Shown: positions 1 to 9,570 of the stretch, piece after piece
How positions within the stretch are numbered: the stretch's first letter is position 1
How the letters are laid out: every line of letters begins with the position of its first letter
Source of the DNA: Methanosarcinales archaeon
GTDB taxonomy: Archaea > Halobacteriota > Methanosarcinia > Methanosarcinales > EX4572-44
Reading direction: 5' to 3'
Length of the DNA: 49,808 nucleotides
NCBI GenBank assembly: GCA_004212095.1
Contig: RXIJ01000032.1
Location: forward strand, 1 to 49,808
The notes under the pieces: model-generated
Seen by the model: only the letters and a program-made list of their open reading frames with translations
The model's database searches: none
What the model was told of the DNA's origin: nothing
Position numbers and translations under genes: made by a program

Positions 1-598
1 TGTGAGAACTAAAGTTATCCGGTATTGTGATAATCCTTCCTTTCGGGTTTGCCTTCCGACCGTTTTAAGAAACATCGGATATCCTCCTTTTTTGAACGCT
101 TACGAAAACAATAACTGATTGTCCGTTTATTGGATGAAAACCAAGGGTGTTTGCCCTAAGTTTACTGGTATTTTTATAGATGACCGTTTTTCCGAATGAC
201 CATGATTTTTGGGTATTAGATGTTGTTTGCGGGGATGATCTGTCAAAAAATCCTATTATGTCTTTATCAGTTACTTCTGGCAATCTTTTTTTAAAATACC
301 CTCAGCATCTTTTGGTATTATGCCATCGTACCCTTCTTCATTCCAATCGTTCTTGCCAAATATAACCTGTGTTCTTGCTGACACCAACAAAATCCGAAGC
401 CATTTCAACACTTTTATCGTTGTATCTATGCTTGGTAAAATATAGCCTCTTCAACACCGTTGTATCCTTCTTAAGATGTTTGATGCGTTTGGACAAATCT
501 TGAACCGTCAGATGTCTCTTTATTTGAATTTGTCCTGTTTTTACCATTAGTCCGGTGTATGGCATCTATAAATCTTAAATGTTTAGTTCGTGACTATA
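1..598 (-). pseudogene. Degenerate IS630-family transposase/IS element (frameshifted, probably internally deleted, runs off the window start)
   Basis: Minus-strand fragments join across frameshifts: HTH (KRLYF...GVSKNTGYIWQER/WNEEGYDG), then IIGFFDRSSPQTT (first catalytic Asp region, usual DES changed to DRS), then IITIPDNFSSH (DNxxxH). A-run TTAAAAAAAAG near 286-296. Putative end GTGACTATA with terminal TA at ~590-598. Confidence 0.85.
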
Positions 599-676
599 AT
601 CGAGTACGCCGTGATCAAGATATTTGTCTGCGATAATTGTCAAAATTACTGGTTTTTTAGATAGTGCTCCAGATGT

Positions 677-850
677 TTATTTTGCCAGTGCTTTTGGTGA
701 GCGTGCAATTCGTTTTCTTTTGGTACCGTCCGCTGCATACCGCTGTGCTGGGCCTGGTCGTTTATATTTTACCTCACTTCTTGGCATCATTCTAACATGT
801 CCTTTCCTACCTTTTATACGTACCCATTCAATCGAGCCTGTTTTTCCCAT
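677..850 (-). CDS. Small basic conserved archaeal protein, DUF5350-like (57 aa, below the ORF-track cutoff)
   Basis: My translation: MGKTGSIEWVRIKGRKGHVRMMPRSEVKYKRPGPAQRYAADGTKRKRIARSPKALAK*. Resembles the Methanomicrobia MGKTG...RPGPxQRY family from memory. Confidence 0.75.
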   Translation of the reverse strand: MGKTGSIEWVRIKGRKGHVRMMPRSEVKYKRPGPAQRYAADGTKRKRIARSPKALAK

Positions 851-978
851 ATATTATTCTCCAAAATTCTAATAATTATTTAACAGACTTCACACATACT
901 ACATATATCTTTCTGTTGAATATGCTGTTTGTGCAGTCTCAACTCTTTATAGTTTCTTATATGTATATAAAATAAAAA

Positions 979-1719
979 TTATATTATTATTTCCATCCCA
1001 TCATAACCAAGTGGCCAAGTTTCAATGGCCTCATCATGCGGCTTATAGAGGTGACTTATGTGTGTGAAAATCACTTTTCTTGCTCCTGTCTTTCTATACA
1101 GTTTGAATGCTTCTTCAGAGTTCATATGTTTTATGAGTTTGATGTGGGGGGGTGTTATAGCATCAGCAATGAGAAGGTCTGCCCCCATCATAAGTTCGAT
1201 GCTCTGCTCTGGGATGGCTGGACCAGTGTCTCCAGTAATAACTATTTTTTTGTGATTTTGCTCTATCAGCACGCCCGCACAATCCTTCTGCGGAGGGTGG
1301 ACGACTTTAAATAGCGTGAAGATTGCTCCAGCAATCTCGAATGGTTCATAAAGTCTGACATCGTTTCGTTCCGGATGTAAGAAATGTAAATAACTTAAGA
1401 TGTAGTTTAGGGTGGTTGTTATGCCATACACCGGAACATGTTTTTGCACTCTATAAAATTCCGGATAGCCAGCATAATGATCGTAATGCCCATGAGTCCA
1501 TATACAGGCATCTATGTGAGAGATATTTTCACGAAGCAATTGTTTGCGAAGGTCCGGACCGGTATCGATAAGAACCTTACCTTTTGTTGTTTCAATAAGT
1601 GTGGCAGATCTGAGTCTGCTGCTGCGTCCCCCACGTGATGCATCCTGGCATGTCTCGCAGTTGCAGCCTATCTTTGGTGTGCCTGCCGCATCTCCGGTAC
1701 CAAGTAGCGTAATCTTCAT
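979..1719 (-). CDS. MBL-fold metallo-hydrolase, PhnP/YycJ-like phosphodiesterase
   Basis: LGTG...P..GCxCxxC zinc site, IDTGPD, THGHYDH (HxHxDH), GDT, THISH, YDG motifs. Confidence 0.9.
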   Translation of the reverse strand: MKITLLGTGDAAGTPKIGCNCETCQDASRGGRSSRLRSATLIETTKGKVLIDTGPDLRKQLLRENISHIDACIWTHGHYDHYAGYPEFYRVQKHVPVYGITTTLNYILSYLHFLHPERNDVRLYEPFEIAGAIFTLFKVVHPPQKDCAGVLIEQNHKKIVITGDTGPAIPEQSIELMMGADLLIADAITPPHIKLIKHMNSEEAFKLYRKTGARKVIFTHISHLYKPHDEAIETWPLGYDGMEIII

Positions 1720-2981
1720 GAAACAATTTCTGTTTTTAAAATTATTCGTCGATCAAAGGATTGTATAGCTTTTAAGAGATCCTGCTGGATGAGCTTTGTT
1801 CTGTTTGTGAGTAGAGCGCTTAATACTGCATCCTTAACTACCACTCGCAGATCTGAACCGGAATAGCCATCTGTGAGTTCTGATAGCTCCCCTGTGTTTA
1901 TTTCGCTGTCGATGTTTTTTGTGATACAATCAAAGATACCTTTTCGCACTTGTTTGTCCGGAAGCGGGAAGTCCACTATTTCGTCAAATCTGCGCCATAC
2001 TGCACGATCAAGCAGATGTGGGTGGTTCGTGGCTGCAACGAGAAGAACCCCATCTCTAATAAGACTCGTTTCGTCAATGGCTTTCAGCAGTGTGTTCACT
2101 GCCCGCTTGAGGGCTGCATTCTCATCAGACGAACGATTTTTAGCCACAAAATCAAATTCATCGATGAAGAGAACGCAGGGCGACAGCTCCTTTGATAGAT
2201 GAAACACACGATCGATGTTTTTTGCAGTCTCTCCAAGGTACTGGTCTGTTATCATCGAGAGACGTACTTCTATAAATGGCAGATGCAGTAGTTTTGCTAG
2301 TCCACTTGCTGTACTCGTCTTGCCTGTTCCGGTAGCACCTACAAACAATAGTTTTCCTACCTCAAGGAGCCCTATTTTTTTTAAGTATTCTCTGTGTTGA
2401 ATGGCACTGGAAATCCTCTTAACACCATTCTGCTGCTCTTCTGTTAACACCAGACTATCGAGTGTTTGTTCGATCTCTTCAGGTGCAAGGATGTATACAA
2501 GTTTTAGCATGTCCTCGCTATTCTTTTCAGCAGCAATATCTTTAAGCAGGGAATCTATCCACTGTCTGCTCGCTTCTTTTGGCTTATTGGCTTTTCTGGC
2601 TTTTTCATAACTAATATCAAGCATTTCTTTTTTTTCAAAGTGGTGAGATAGCACCGGATTTTTTTGTATAAGCTCTTTTGCATCCGGTTGTTTTGCAAAC
2701 CATTTGCTTGCAATATCAAATACCGTGATCTTGATCTGTGAACCAAATTCCTCAAATTCAATAAAAGGAAGTTTTTTCAAGGATTCTCTTATGCCATTGA
2801 CACCATATATCCTTTCAACATCAATCTCTGCCACGCAAATCGGTCGAGAAACTGTTTTATTCTTTAAATTCCAATAATATGTTCGGATATGATACGGCAG
2901 GTCATCCACACTGAAAGTTTCGATTTTGTTATACAGTTCAGCAGTCAGTACCAGTTCGGTTACGTTGGTTGTTAAATCCAT
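1716..2981 (-). CDS. AAA+ ATPase with uncharacterised N-terminal domain
   Basis: Walker A GATGTGKT, Walker B LFIDEFD, AATNHP..LD.AVWRRFD second region of homology. Overlaps the MBL gene by 4 nt. Confidence 0.9.
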   Translation of the reverse strand: MDLTTNVTELVLTAELYNKIETFSVDDLPYHIRTYYWNLKNKTVSRPICVAEIDVERIYGVNGIRESLKKLPFIEFEEFGSQIKITVFDIASKWFAKQPDAKELIQKNPVLSHHFEKKEMLDISYEKARKANKPKEASRQWIDSLLKDIAAEKNSEDMLKLVYILAPEEIEQTLDSLVLTEEQQNGVKRISSAIQHREYLKKIGLLEVGKLLFVGATGTGKTSTASGLAKLLHLPFIEVRLSMITDQYLGETAKNIDRVFHLSKELSPCVLFIDEFDFVAKNRSSDENAALKRAVNTLLKAIDETSLIRDGVLLVAATNHPHLLDRAVWRRFDEIVDFPLPDKQVRKGIFDCITKNIDSEINTGELSELTDGYSGSDLRVVVKDAVLSALLTNRTKLIQQDLLKAIQSFDRRIILKTEIVS

Positions 2982-3036
2982 TATTATCTACCCTAAAAAA
3001 CTAAGTATTTAAGTAAGTCAAATAAAATATAGTTTT

Positions 3037-4137
3037 CTATAATTTATCTGGCATTACAGGCATAAGGTCTTTCTTCTTCATCCACCAGTATGTCATACAA
3101 CCAGATAATATCATCGATACAAAAAGGAGCAACAAGTACCACCAGAGATCCTCTGGCCCTTTATCACCAAAAAAAGAAGTCCCGTATATGGTTGCAATGG
3201 TATTTGGAACAAGCACCGCTGTTCCTATTACTGTTAGCCATGCCATAAGTAGTGACACCTTATTGTTTAATACCTGGAGCTGGTTGTTGTAGATACTCTG
3301 GAGTATTTCAAGCCCTGACACTAATACCTCTGACATGTGTTCTCCAAGAGCAATCTGGCGATTCACATCGTTTGCAAGGATTGTAAACATCGCCAGCAGA
3401 TGTTCATCATCGCTTATGAGTTCAGCATCACCGTAACGAAGAGAGGATATCACATCAAGGGTTGCCCACAACGCATCAAGATATGCCACCAGTGCATGCT
3501 TCATGTTGTATATCTCTGGTGCAAGCATGGATCTTGAGGATTTTAAATCAAGGAGCGAACGGCTGATCTCATCTCCTTGAGATTCTATCTCCCGCAAATG
3601 GTCAAAGTTTCCATTATTATTCTCATCAATTAATCTGGTAAGTAGAGTTGTTATTTTATCCGGAGTTGAGAGTTTTGGATCTACTTTTTTCAAGAAGGTG
3701 GGCGCATATCTGGAAAATCTTGTAAAACGTACAGCATCGGTGTGGTGAATTGTAATAATCAAATTTTTTTTGATTAGAATTAACAGTGGTGTAACCTTGA
3801 CATCAAATTTTTTCCCGACAACAGCCGGCAGTCTCATCCCAAGTTCTGTATCAAGATCCTCATAGACAGAATAATAGTCACCAAGAAGTGTTGGAACGAG
3901 TGATGAGATAAAACCAACGGAAACCGACAGCTTTTGTGCTTCTTCCATGTCTTTAACTGAAAAGTCTATCCATGCAAGACCGGTACCAGCTAAAAATGGT
4001 ATGAACTCAACTGGTGAATCTGCTATCATTTTAACCTGCCTGCCAGTTGGTGTGAGGGCTATACAAAAAGCCTTTTTTTTGTGCACATCAAATGAAGAAT
4101 CGGGAACGTATTTAAAAACTCCGCTGAGTTCTACCAA
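3037..4137 (-). CDS. corA: CorA/ZntB-family divalent cation transporter
   Basis: WIDF motif, long helical stalk, two C-terminal TM helices. The canonical YGMNF signature reads YGTSF. Confidence 0.8.
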   Translation of the reverse strand: MVELSGVFKYVPDSSFDVHKKKAFCIALTPTGRQVKMIADSPVEFIPFLAGTGLAWIDFSVKDMEEAQKLSVSVGFISSLVPTLLGDYYSVYEDLDTELGMRLPAVVGKKFDVKVTPLLILIKKNLIITIHHTDAVRFTRFSRYAPTFLKKVDPKLSTPDKITTLLTRLIDENNNGNFDHLREIESQGDEISRSLLDLKSSRSMLAPEIYNMKHALVAYLDALWATLDVISSLRYGDAELISDDEHLLAMFTILANDVNRQIALGEHMSEVLVSGLEILQSIYNNQLQVLNNKVSLLMAWLTVIGTAVLVPNTIATIYGTSFFGDKGPEDLWWYLLLLFVSMILSGCMTYWWMKKKDLMPVMPDKL

Positions 4138-4154
4138 AATTCCACAAATTTTCC

Positions 4155-4354
4155 AAAACCGTAAGCTTTGTATTGATTCAAAACTCGATTGATTCGCAAC
4201 CGAGAGTTATTTCTGCACAATGAAGTTGTGCAGTTTCTCGAAAACCGTAAGCTTTGTATTGATTCAAAACTCGATTGATTCGCAACCGAGAGTTATTTCT
4301 GCACAATGAAGTTGTGCAGTTTCTCGAAAACCGTAAGCTTTGTATTGATTCAAA
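4155..4354. repeat. 86-bp tandem repeat (2.3 copies) carrying GAA-triloop hairpins
   Basis: Units start at 4155, 4241 and 4327. Each full unit has CTCGATTGA-TTC-GCAACCGAG and CTGCACAAT-GAA-GTTGTGCAG. Confidence 0.95.
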
Positions 4355-4481
4355 TATATTCAAAATATTAGTGATGTGTATGAAACTAAACTTCCAGCAA
4401 GATCTGTTGTGGCTTATTTAGAGTTTATGCTTAGAATTTTTGGAATTTATACCACCAGATATTGAGCAATTACGCTTGGAG

Positions 4482-4616
4482 GGGGTTGTAAACTCTCCCT
4501 GTGTTATGCCAGAACTCTAATTTTTTCATGCGTTCAAACCTGAGAATAGTAGACATTATACTTGAATACACAACCGGGTTGAAACAATACTAACACTCAA
4601 CAACTTTACAAGCCCC
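4482..4616. mobile_element. MITE-like element, copy 1 (~135 bp)
   Basis: Imperfect TIRs GGGGTTGTAAACT...ACTTTACAAGCCCC. Aligns by eye with 7173-7310, 22364-22485 and 44618-44751. Confidence 0.85.
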
Positions 4617-4743
4617 GATAGCAACAAAATTTATACGTAATGCAAATAACGTGCAAGAGAGGCTCGAGAAACATTTATGTGCATTATTTCAGATATACTT
4701 GAGATGCTTGCTGGCGATGGGCATATCTAAAAGTCGTGTTTTT

Positions 4744-5571
4744 ATGAAAAAAAAACTCCTTGCACAGCAGTTAGAGAATTGCATTGGTAGTGATGAGCTT
4801 GCACTGCTTCCTCGGAGCTGGTATCTCATAGGTGATGCAATCATTGTTCGGTGGAAAAGTGGGGTAACCGTATGGAAATTGATTGGAGAAGCACTGCTAA
4901 CAATATATCCGCGTGCCAGATACGTACTCTTGGATTATGGTATTTATGGAAACTTTCGAGAACCAAAAAGGGAGTTAATTGCATCCCGTTGTGCCATCAC
5001 ATCTTTTGAGACAATTCACCGGGAAAATGGTTGTCTTTTCAAGATTAATCCAATGCGCATTATGTTTTCAGCAGGCAATCTGCACGAGAGACAGCTGCTA
5101 AATGGAATCTGTGATGATGAAGTGGTTATTGATATGTTTGCTGGAATTGGGTATTTTACTGTCCCTATAGCGGTGCACTCAAAACCAAAAAAGATACTTG
5201 CAATTGAACTAAACGCACAATCGTACCAGTATCTTAAACAGAATATTAAACTGAACAGGATCGAACCACGAGTTGTGGCACTACATGGTGATTGTAGTAA
5301 ACTTACACCAACTAATGTGGCAGACAGGGTGATTATGGGCTATTTATCATCAGAAAAGTACCTTCTGTCTGGCATCACCGCACTAACAAGTGGCGGAACC
5401 CTTCATTACCATGAAGCAGTTCCGGAGGTACTCTATCCACAACGTCCGATCAAACGAATTAAAAGAGCAGCACTTGAGTCAGGATGCGAAATCAAATCAA
5501 TCGGATGCAGACGAGTGAAAAAGTATTCCCCAGGGGTTCTTCACTCATGTTTTGATGTGACAATCAGGTAA
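4744..5571 (+). CDS. taw2: tRNA wyosine-pathway aminocarboxypropyltransferase Taw2/Tyw2 (Met10+ class I SAM-dependent family)
   Basis: ENGCxF, MFSAGN..ER, DMFAGIGYFT, ADRVIMGY, LHYHE, VKKYSPG. Start placed at ATG 4744 (track starts at 4651); start uncertain. Confidence 0.8.
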   Translation: MKKKLLAQQLENCIGSDELALLPRSWYLIGDAIIVRWKSGVTVWKLIGEALLTIYPRARYVLLDYGIYGNFREPKRELIASRCAITSFETIHRENGCLFKINPMRIMFSAGNLHERQLLNGICDDEVVIDMFAGIGYFTVPIAVHSKPKKILAIELNAQSYQYLKQNIKLNRIEPRVVALHGDCSKLTPTNVADRVIMGYLSSEKYLLSGITALTSGGTLHYHEAVPEVLYPQRPIKRIKRAALESGCEIKSIGCRRVKKYSPGVLHSCFDVTIR

Positions 5572-5595
5572 TCACTTCAAAACATAACAATCTTA

Positions 5596-7014
5596 TTAAC
5601 CGTTAATCTCTTTTAGTATTTGTTCTGGCTTTCCAATGTCAATGAATGATTTCCAGCGTTTAAGGCATGCATCGCGATAATACGACTCGTTTAGAAACTG
5701 GCGTGAAAATCCATATATTGAAAGCTTCTTACGCACATTGTATAGGGTTGCGTCATCAATATCTATCTTCATTTTTCCGGATGTTTTGCCACGATCAAAA
5801 TCTGTCCATGATTTAGCCTTGATAATTCCAGCCCTTTCTGCCTCATCAAACAGGTAAGTCCCTGGCGTAGGAGTAGTAATTCCAACGTATACCATCTCAG
5901 GCTGCATAGATTTTATCAATTTTATAGTCTTATCAATGTCTTCGTAAGTCTCACCAGGAGTGCCAATCATAACATTGCTAACAACGATCAGCCCTTCTTC
6001 CTTACATATTCTCAGTACATCATATGACTGCTTCTCTGTTGTACCCTTGCCGAGAATATCAAGCACCGACTGCGAGCCCGATTCAATCCCGATGCACACG
6101 CTGATGCACCCGGCATCTTTTAACCTGTGTGCCATATCCTTGTTGATGGTGTCGGCCCGGGTGTGACAGTACCAGGCTATTTTTTCACTCAGTCCACGCT
6201 TCTTCATCTCCTCGCAGAACCTGTACGTCCATCGTTTGTTCACTGTAAAAGTATCATCTTCGAGCATGAGTCCGCGAAGATTGTAGCGAGATATTAGGTA
6301 TTCGATTTCATCAAACACGTTTTTAATACTTCGATACCGTGCCCTGTTGCCAAAAATCTTGTTCAGGCAGGGCTGGCAGAACTTGCATGTAAATGGGCAC
6401 CCCCTGCTTGCAAATACATGAAGAGCAGGTGAGGGCAGTGGAAAGTTGGTCACAGGGTTTGAAAGCACTTTATCAAGAGGAAAAATATCTCTTGCCGGGA
6501 AAGGCAGAGAATCAAGATCAGCAATCGGCTCACGTCCTTGATTACGAACTAATTTTCCATCCTTGTAGTATATAATCCCTTTAACAGTGTGCAACCCCCT
6601 CGCACCCTCGAGCGCTTCTATAATTTCCCATACCGTGTGTTCGCCCTCGCCAACCACTACAATGTCCACATCCTTCTCTCTTATAACTTCATCCGAACAG
6701 ACGGTTGGATGAGGGCCTCCGAGCACGACAACAGCACCAAGATGTTTTTTTGCAATACCTGCAATCCGCAGGGCACGCGGCATCTCTATTGTCATAGCAC
6801 CGATACTTACAACATCAGCGCCACTTGCTGCAATACTGTGTGTGGCTTCATCCCAACTATTAAGAAATCGAAGGTCCAATCCTTCGACCTGTACACCATG
6901 CTTTTGCAGATAGCTTCCAATGTATGCAAGACCGATAGGAAGGTAGCTTGTTTTCATGTCAAAAGATTCGCCAGGGGAAACCAACAAAACCTTCAAATCA
7001 ACAACACCAGACAA
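5596..7014 (-). CDS. B12-binding-domain radical SAM protein (class B)
   Basis: PIGLAYI, GGPHPT, GEGE, SRGCPFTCKFC (CxxxCxxC), DDTF, GIESGSQ, PGET, PTPGT. Confidence 0.9.
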   Translation of the reverse strand: MSGVVDLKVLLVSPGESFDMKTSYLPIGLAYIGSYLQKHGVQVEGLDLRFLNSWDEATHSIAASGADVVSIGAMTIEMPRALRIAGIAKKHLGAVVVLGGPHPTVCSDEVIREKDVDIVVVGEGEHTVWEIIEALEGARGLHTVKGIIYYKDGKLVRNQGREPIADLDSLPFPARDIFPLDKVLSNPVTNFPLPSPALHVFASRGCPFTCKFCQPCLNKIFGNRARYRSIKNVFDEIEYLISRYNLRGLMLEDDTFTVNKRWTYRFCEEMKKRGLSEKIAWYCHTRADTINKDMAHRLKDAGCISVCIGIESGSQSVLDILGKGTTEKQSYDVLRICKEEGLIVVSNVMIGTPGETYEDIDKTIKLIKSMQPEMVYVGITTPTPGTYLFDEAERAGIIKAKSWTDFDRGKTSGKMKIDIDDATLYNVRKKLSIYGFSRQFLNESYYRDACLKRWKSFIDIGKPEQILKEING

Positions 7015-7048
7015 TACATAATGCAGAGTTTTTTATAGATGGATAAAC

Positions 7049-7122
7049 TGGGCCTGCTGCGATTCGAACGCAGGACCTCACGGTTATCAGCCGTGCGCTC
7101 CACCTGGCTAAGCTACAGGCCC
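7049..7122 (-). tRNA. tRNA-Ile (GAT), no encoded CCA, no intron
   Basis: Reverse complement GGGCCTGTAGCTTAGCCAGGTGGAGCGCACGGCTGATAACCGTGAGGTCCTGCGTTCGAATCGCAGCAGGCCCA folds as a cloverleaf. Anticodon loop CTGATAA, T-loop TTCGAAT. Confidence 0.97.
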
Positions 7123-7172
7123 ATTGTAGAGTAACAAAACAGGCAGTATTATATTTAAGTTTTCCTTTCTGT

Positions 7173-7310
7173 GAGGGCTGTCAACTTATTGTGTGTTGGC
7201 ATCGTTTCGACCTGGTTGTACATTTAGGCATAATGTCTACTATTCTTAGATTTTTGAACGCATGAAAGAAATTAGAGTTCCGGCATAACACCCAAAGAGT
7301 TTACAGCCCC
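7173..7310. mobile_element. MITE-like element, copy 2 (opposite orientation to copy 1)
   Basis: TIRs GAGGGCTGTCAACT...AGTTTACAGCCCC. Interior is reverse-complement homologous to copies 1 and 4. Confidence 0.85.
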
Positions 7311-7352
7311 CTGCATAAGAAAGTCTTAAGTAGTCTAAACGTCATTATTAAA

Positions 7353-7982
7353 GTGGATGATAATATGAGTGTTGGACAGGAATTATTGAATGTTCCCTTT
7401 GGGGATATGATAAAAGAGATGGCATTAGCTATCGCAGAGAGTCAACAGGCACTGGATATGAACTCGATAGAGGTTGCACAGGCGCTTGCCGAGATAGAAC
7501 TTCCGGCAGGTAGTGTTATCCTAGCGATCGAGCAACCGGTTGATGAAGATGGCAATCCGACCGGTTCACCCACGCTGGTTACAAACACGGATCCGATGAA
7601 CCTTCTAACATACGGTCTCCAGCCAAGGTTCTATGAGTTCACAGAGTCGATCATCGAAGTGAAGATGACGATCTCGATGAAGACTGAGCGATCGCTTGAG
7701 AGGGAGTATAAGAAAGAGTTTAAGTTCAAGAATAAGACTACATTTGAGAGCAGCTTTAAATCAGGCGGTTTATCAAGCTTCTTATTCGGAAAAGCTAAGG
7801 CAAAACTCAAAACAGAGACCACGGTTGCATACACTTCAACCTACAACGCAAAGTACAAATCCAAGTACACATTCTCAGAGACCGGAACGAGTCTCCTCAG
7901 GACAACTTTGAAGCCGGTACCTCCACCAGAACGCGCGGTACCAACTCTTAAGATACAGGCTCCAGCTTCAGGATCTCCATAA
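7353..7982 (+). CDS. Hypothetical protein, DUF2589-like: N-terminal helices plus long amphipathic beta-hairpin
   Basis: VPFGDMIKEMALAIAESQQALD...FYEFTESIIEVKM...TSLLRTTLKPVPPP, paralogous to the next ORF. Likely true start is ATG 7365. Family label is from memory. Confidence 0.7.
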   Translation: MDDNMSVGQELLNVPFGDMIKEMALAIAESQQALDMNSIEVAQALAEIELPAGSVILAIEQPVDEDGNPTGSPTLVTNTDPMNLLTYGLQPRFYEFTESIIEVKMTISMKTERSLEREYKKEFKFKNKTTFESSFKSGGLSSFLFGKAKAKLKTETTVAYTSTYNAKYKSKYTFSETGTSLLRTTLKPVPPPERAVPTLKIQAPASGSP

Positions 7983-8021
7983 TCCTCCCTTTTTTTTATC
8001 CTTTAAGGAGCGGGATTATTT

Positions 8022-8438
8022 ATGGGAAACGAAGCTGGAAAGAAAGTGGTCATTGAAACGCTCGTAGCACCGCTTGGAAGTATCCTCAAGTCTGTTGGAG
8101 CTTCGCTTGCAGAAGCGCAGCATGCACTTGATGAGAACTCGATTGCAACACAGAATGTGATCGATCTCGCGGTTGAGAATGGTGAGACCAAGTACGATTT
8201 GCAGGCACAATGGTATCACTTTCCCGAGGTTGATCTTGAACTTAAGATGGCTCTCTCGATGAAGGCAGAGGCAGAGGTTGATAAGAAAGGAAAGATACGA
8301 GGGTACAAACCGATTCTAAAATCGGCACCGATAAATGCGGCTTACAAAAACACATATAACTATGATACCAGTGGTTCAAGCCAGATAAAGGCAAAAATCG
8401 TCTCGATACCACCTGTTTCAAAGATTCAAGAAGAATGA
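8022..8438 (+). CDS. Hypothetical protein, shorter paralog of 7353..7982
   Basis: APLGSILKSVGASLAEAQHALDENS...WYHFPEVDLELKM...SSQIKAKIVSIPP. RBS AAGGAG upstream. Confidence 0.75.
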   Translation: MGNEAGKKVVIETLVAPLGSILKSVGASLAEAQHALDENSIATQNVIDLAVENGETKYDLQAQWYHFPEVDLELKMALSMKAEAEVDKKGKIRGYKPILKSAPINAAYKNTYNYDTSGSSQIKAKIVSIPPVSKIQEE

Positions 8439-8439
8439 T

Positions 8440-9549
8440 GTGGTTAGGATGGTAGAGGAATACAGGGTAAAATATGATAGCCTTCGCAGGGATTTTATCG
8501 CAAAGGAGGCAGAGATTGGTGAGCTTAGAACCAATGTAAAGAGGCTCCAGCTTGAGCGTTCGAATATACCACCAGATCGCCTCGTTTCAAGCTTTGGAGA
8601 TGCGCTTGAGAAGATGCAGATCGCCCTTTCAGAGAAGAGTACGCGTGTTAAGTATCTTGTCAGCGATATGGAGGTTGAGTTAAAGACAAATGTGGCATTT
8701 AACGATGATAAGAATGAGATATCCTACCAGCTTCCAAAACTTGATGACACGTTACCTCCTGAAAACCTGAGCACGATCCGTTTCAAGATTAAGATGCTGC
8801 CAGGAGAAAAGGTATCTGGTGAAGAAGTCTTTGACTATGATGAAGTTCCGAACCTCCATTATCTCACGCTCGATGATGCAAAGTACCGGATAACGTTAAA
8901 GGGGTTCACGGTTGGCGAAATCAGTTATGAAAGAACCAATCGGGTTGAACCAGGTGTTGTTCTTTCACAGATTCCATCTCCATTCTCGCTTGCAGCCCCC
9001 AAAAGCCCTGTTGACTTAACGGTCGCAGAGCCTACTCTGAAACTGACAAAAGTCCCAAACCTCACTAGTCTCTCGCTCGAAGAGGCAGAAAAAGTTTTAA
9101 AATCAATTAATCTGGAAAAGGGAAAGATTACAGAGCGAAAAAGCGAATTGTTACCAAATACCGTGATAAAACAGAGTGTCAAAGCCGACGAAGAGGTTAA
9201 AATTGCGACCGTGATTGATCTCGTGGTTGCAAAAGAGAAAGAAAAACCTGTCGATGTGAAACTGACAAAAGTCCCAAACCTCACTGGTCTCCCACTCGAA
9301 GAGGCAGAAAAAGTTTTAAAATCAATTAATCTGGAAAAGGGAAAGATTACAGAGCGAAAAAGCGAATTGTTACCAAATACCGTGATAAAACAGAGCATTG
9401 CAGCTAATAAAGAAGTTAAAATCGGTAGCACGATCAATATTGTGATTGCAGCGAAACAGAGAAAAATAGATCTTCGTTTAAAGAGATCGCAGGCAAGTCT
9501 AAGAAAAGCAAACCCAAGAAAAACCAATAAGAATGTAAAAGCGTTGTAG
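8440..9549 (+). CDS. Coiled-coil + small alpha/beta domain + 3 PASTA domains, no signal peptide or TM helix
   Basis: Three VPNL..L.L..A...L....G.....V..Q....G..V.L.V repeats typical of PASTA. N-terminus is charged and the tail is basic. Confidence 0.85.
   Translation: MVRMVEEYRVKYDSLRRDFIAKEAEIGELRTNVKRLQLERSNIPPDRLVSSFGDALEKMQIALSEKSTRVKYLVSDMEVELKTNVAFNDDKNEISYQLPKLDDTLPPENLSTIRFKIKMLPGEKVSGEEVFDYDEVPNLHYLTLDDAKYRITLKGFTVGEISYERTNRVEPGVVLSQIPSPFSLAAPKSPVDLTVAEPTLKLTKVPNLTSLSLEEAEKVLKSINLEKGKITERKSELLPNTVIKQSVKADEEVKIATVIDLVVAKEKEKPVDVKLTKVPNLTGLPLEEAEKVLKSINLEKGKITERKSELLPNTVIKQSIAANKEVKIGSTINIVIAAKQRKIDLRLKRSQASLRKANPRKTNKNVKAL
9038..9395 (+). repeat. Near-identical 139-bp direct repeat (period 219 bp) encoding PASTA domains 2 and 3
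   Basis: 9038-9176 versus 9257-9395 differ at only a few positions. Confidence 0.95.
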
Positions 9550-9570
9550 GATGGATAAAGAGGGTGAGAG

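Noticed and set aside
624..872. 82-aa plus-strand ORF
   Set aside because: Antisense to the more convincing 677..850 minus-strand gene.
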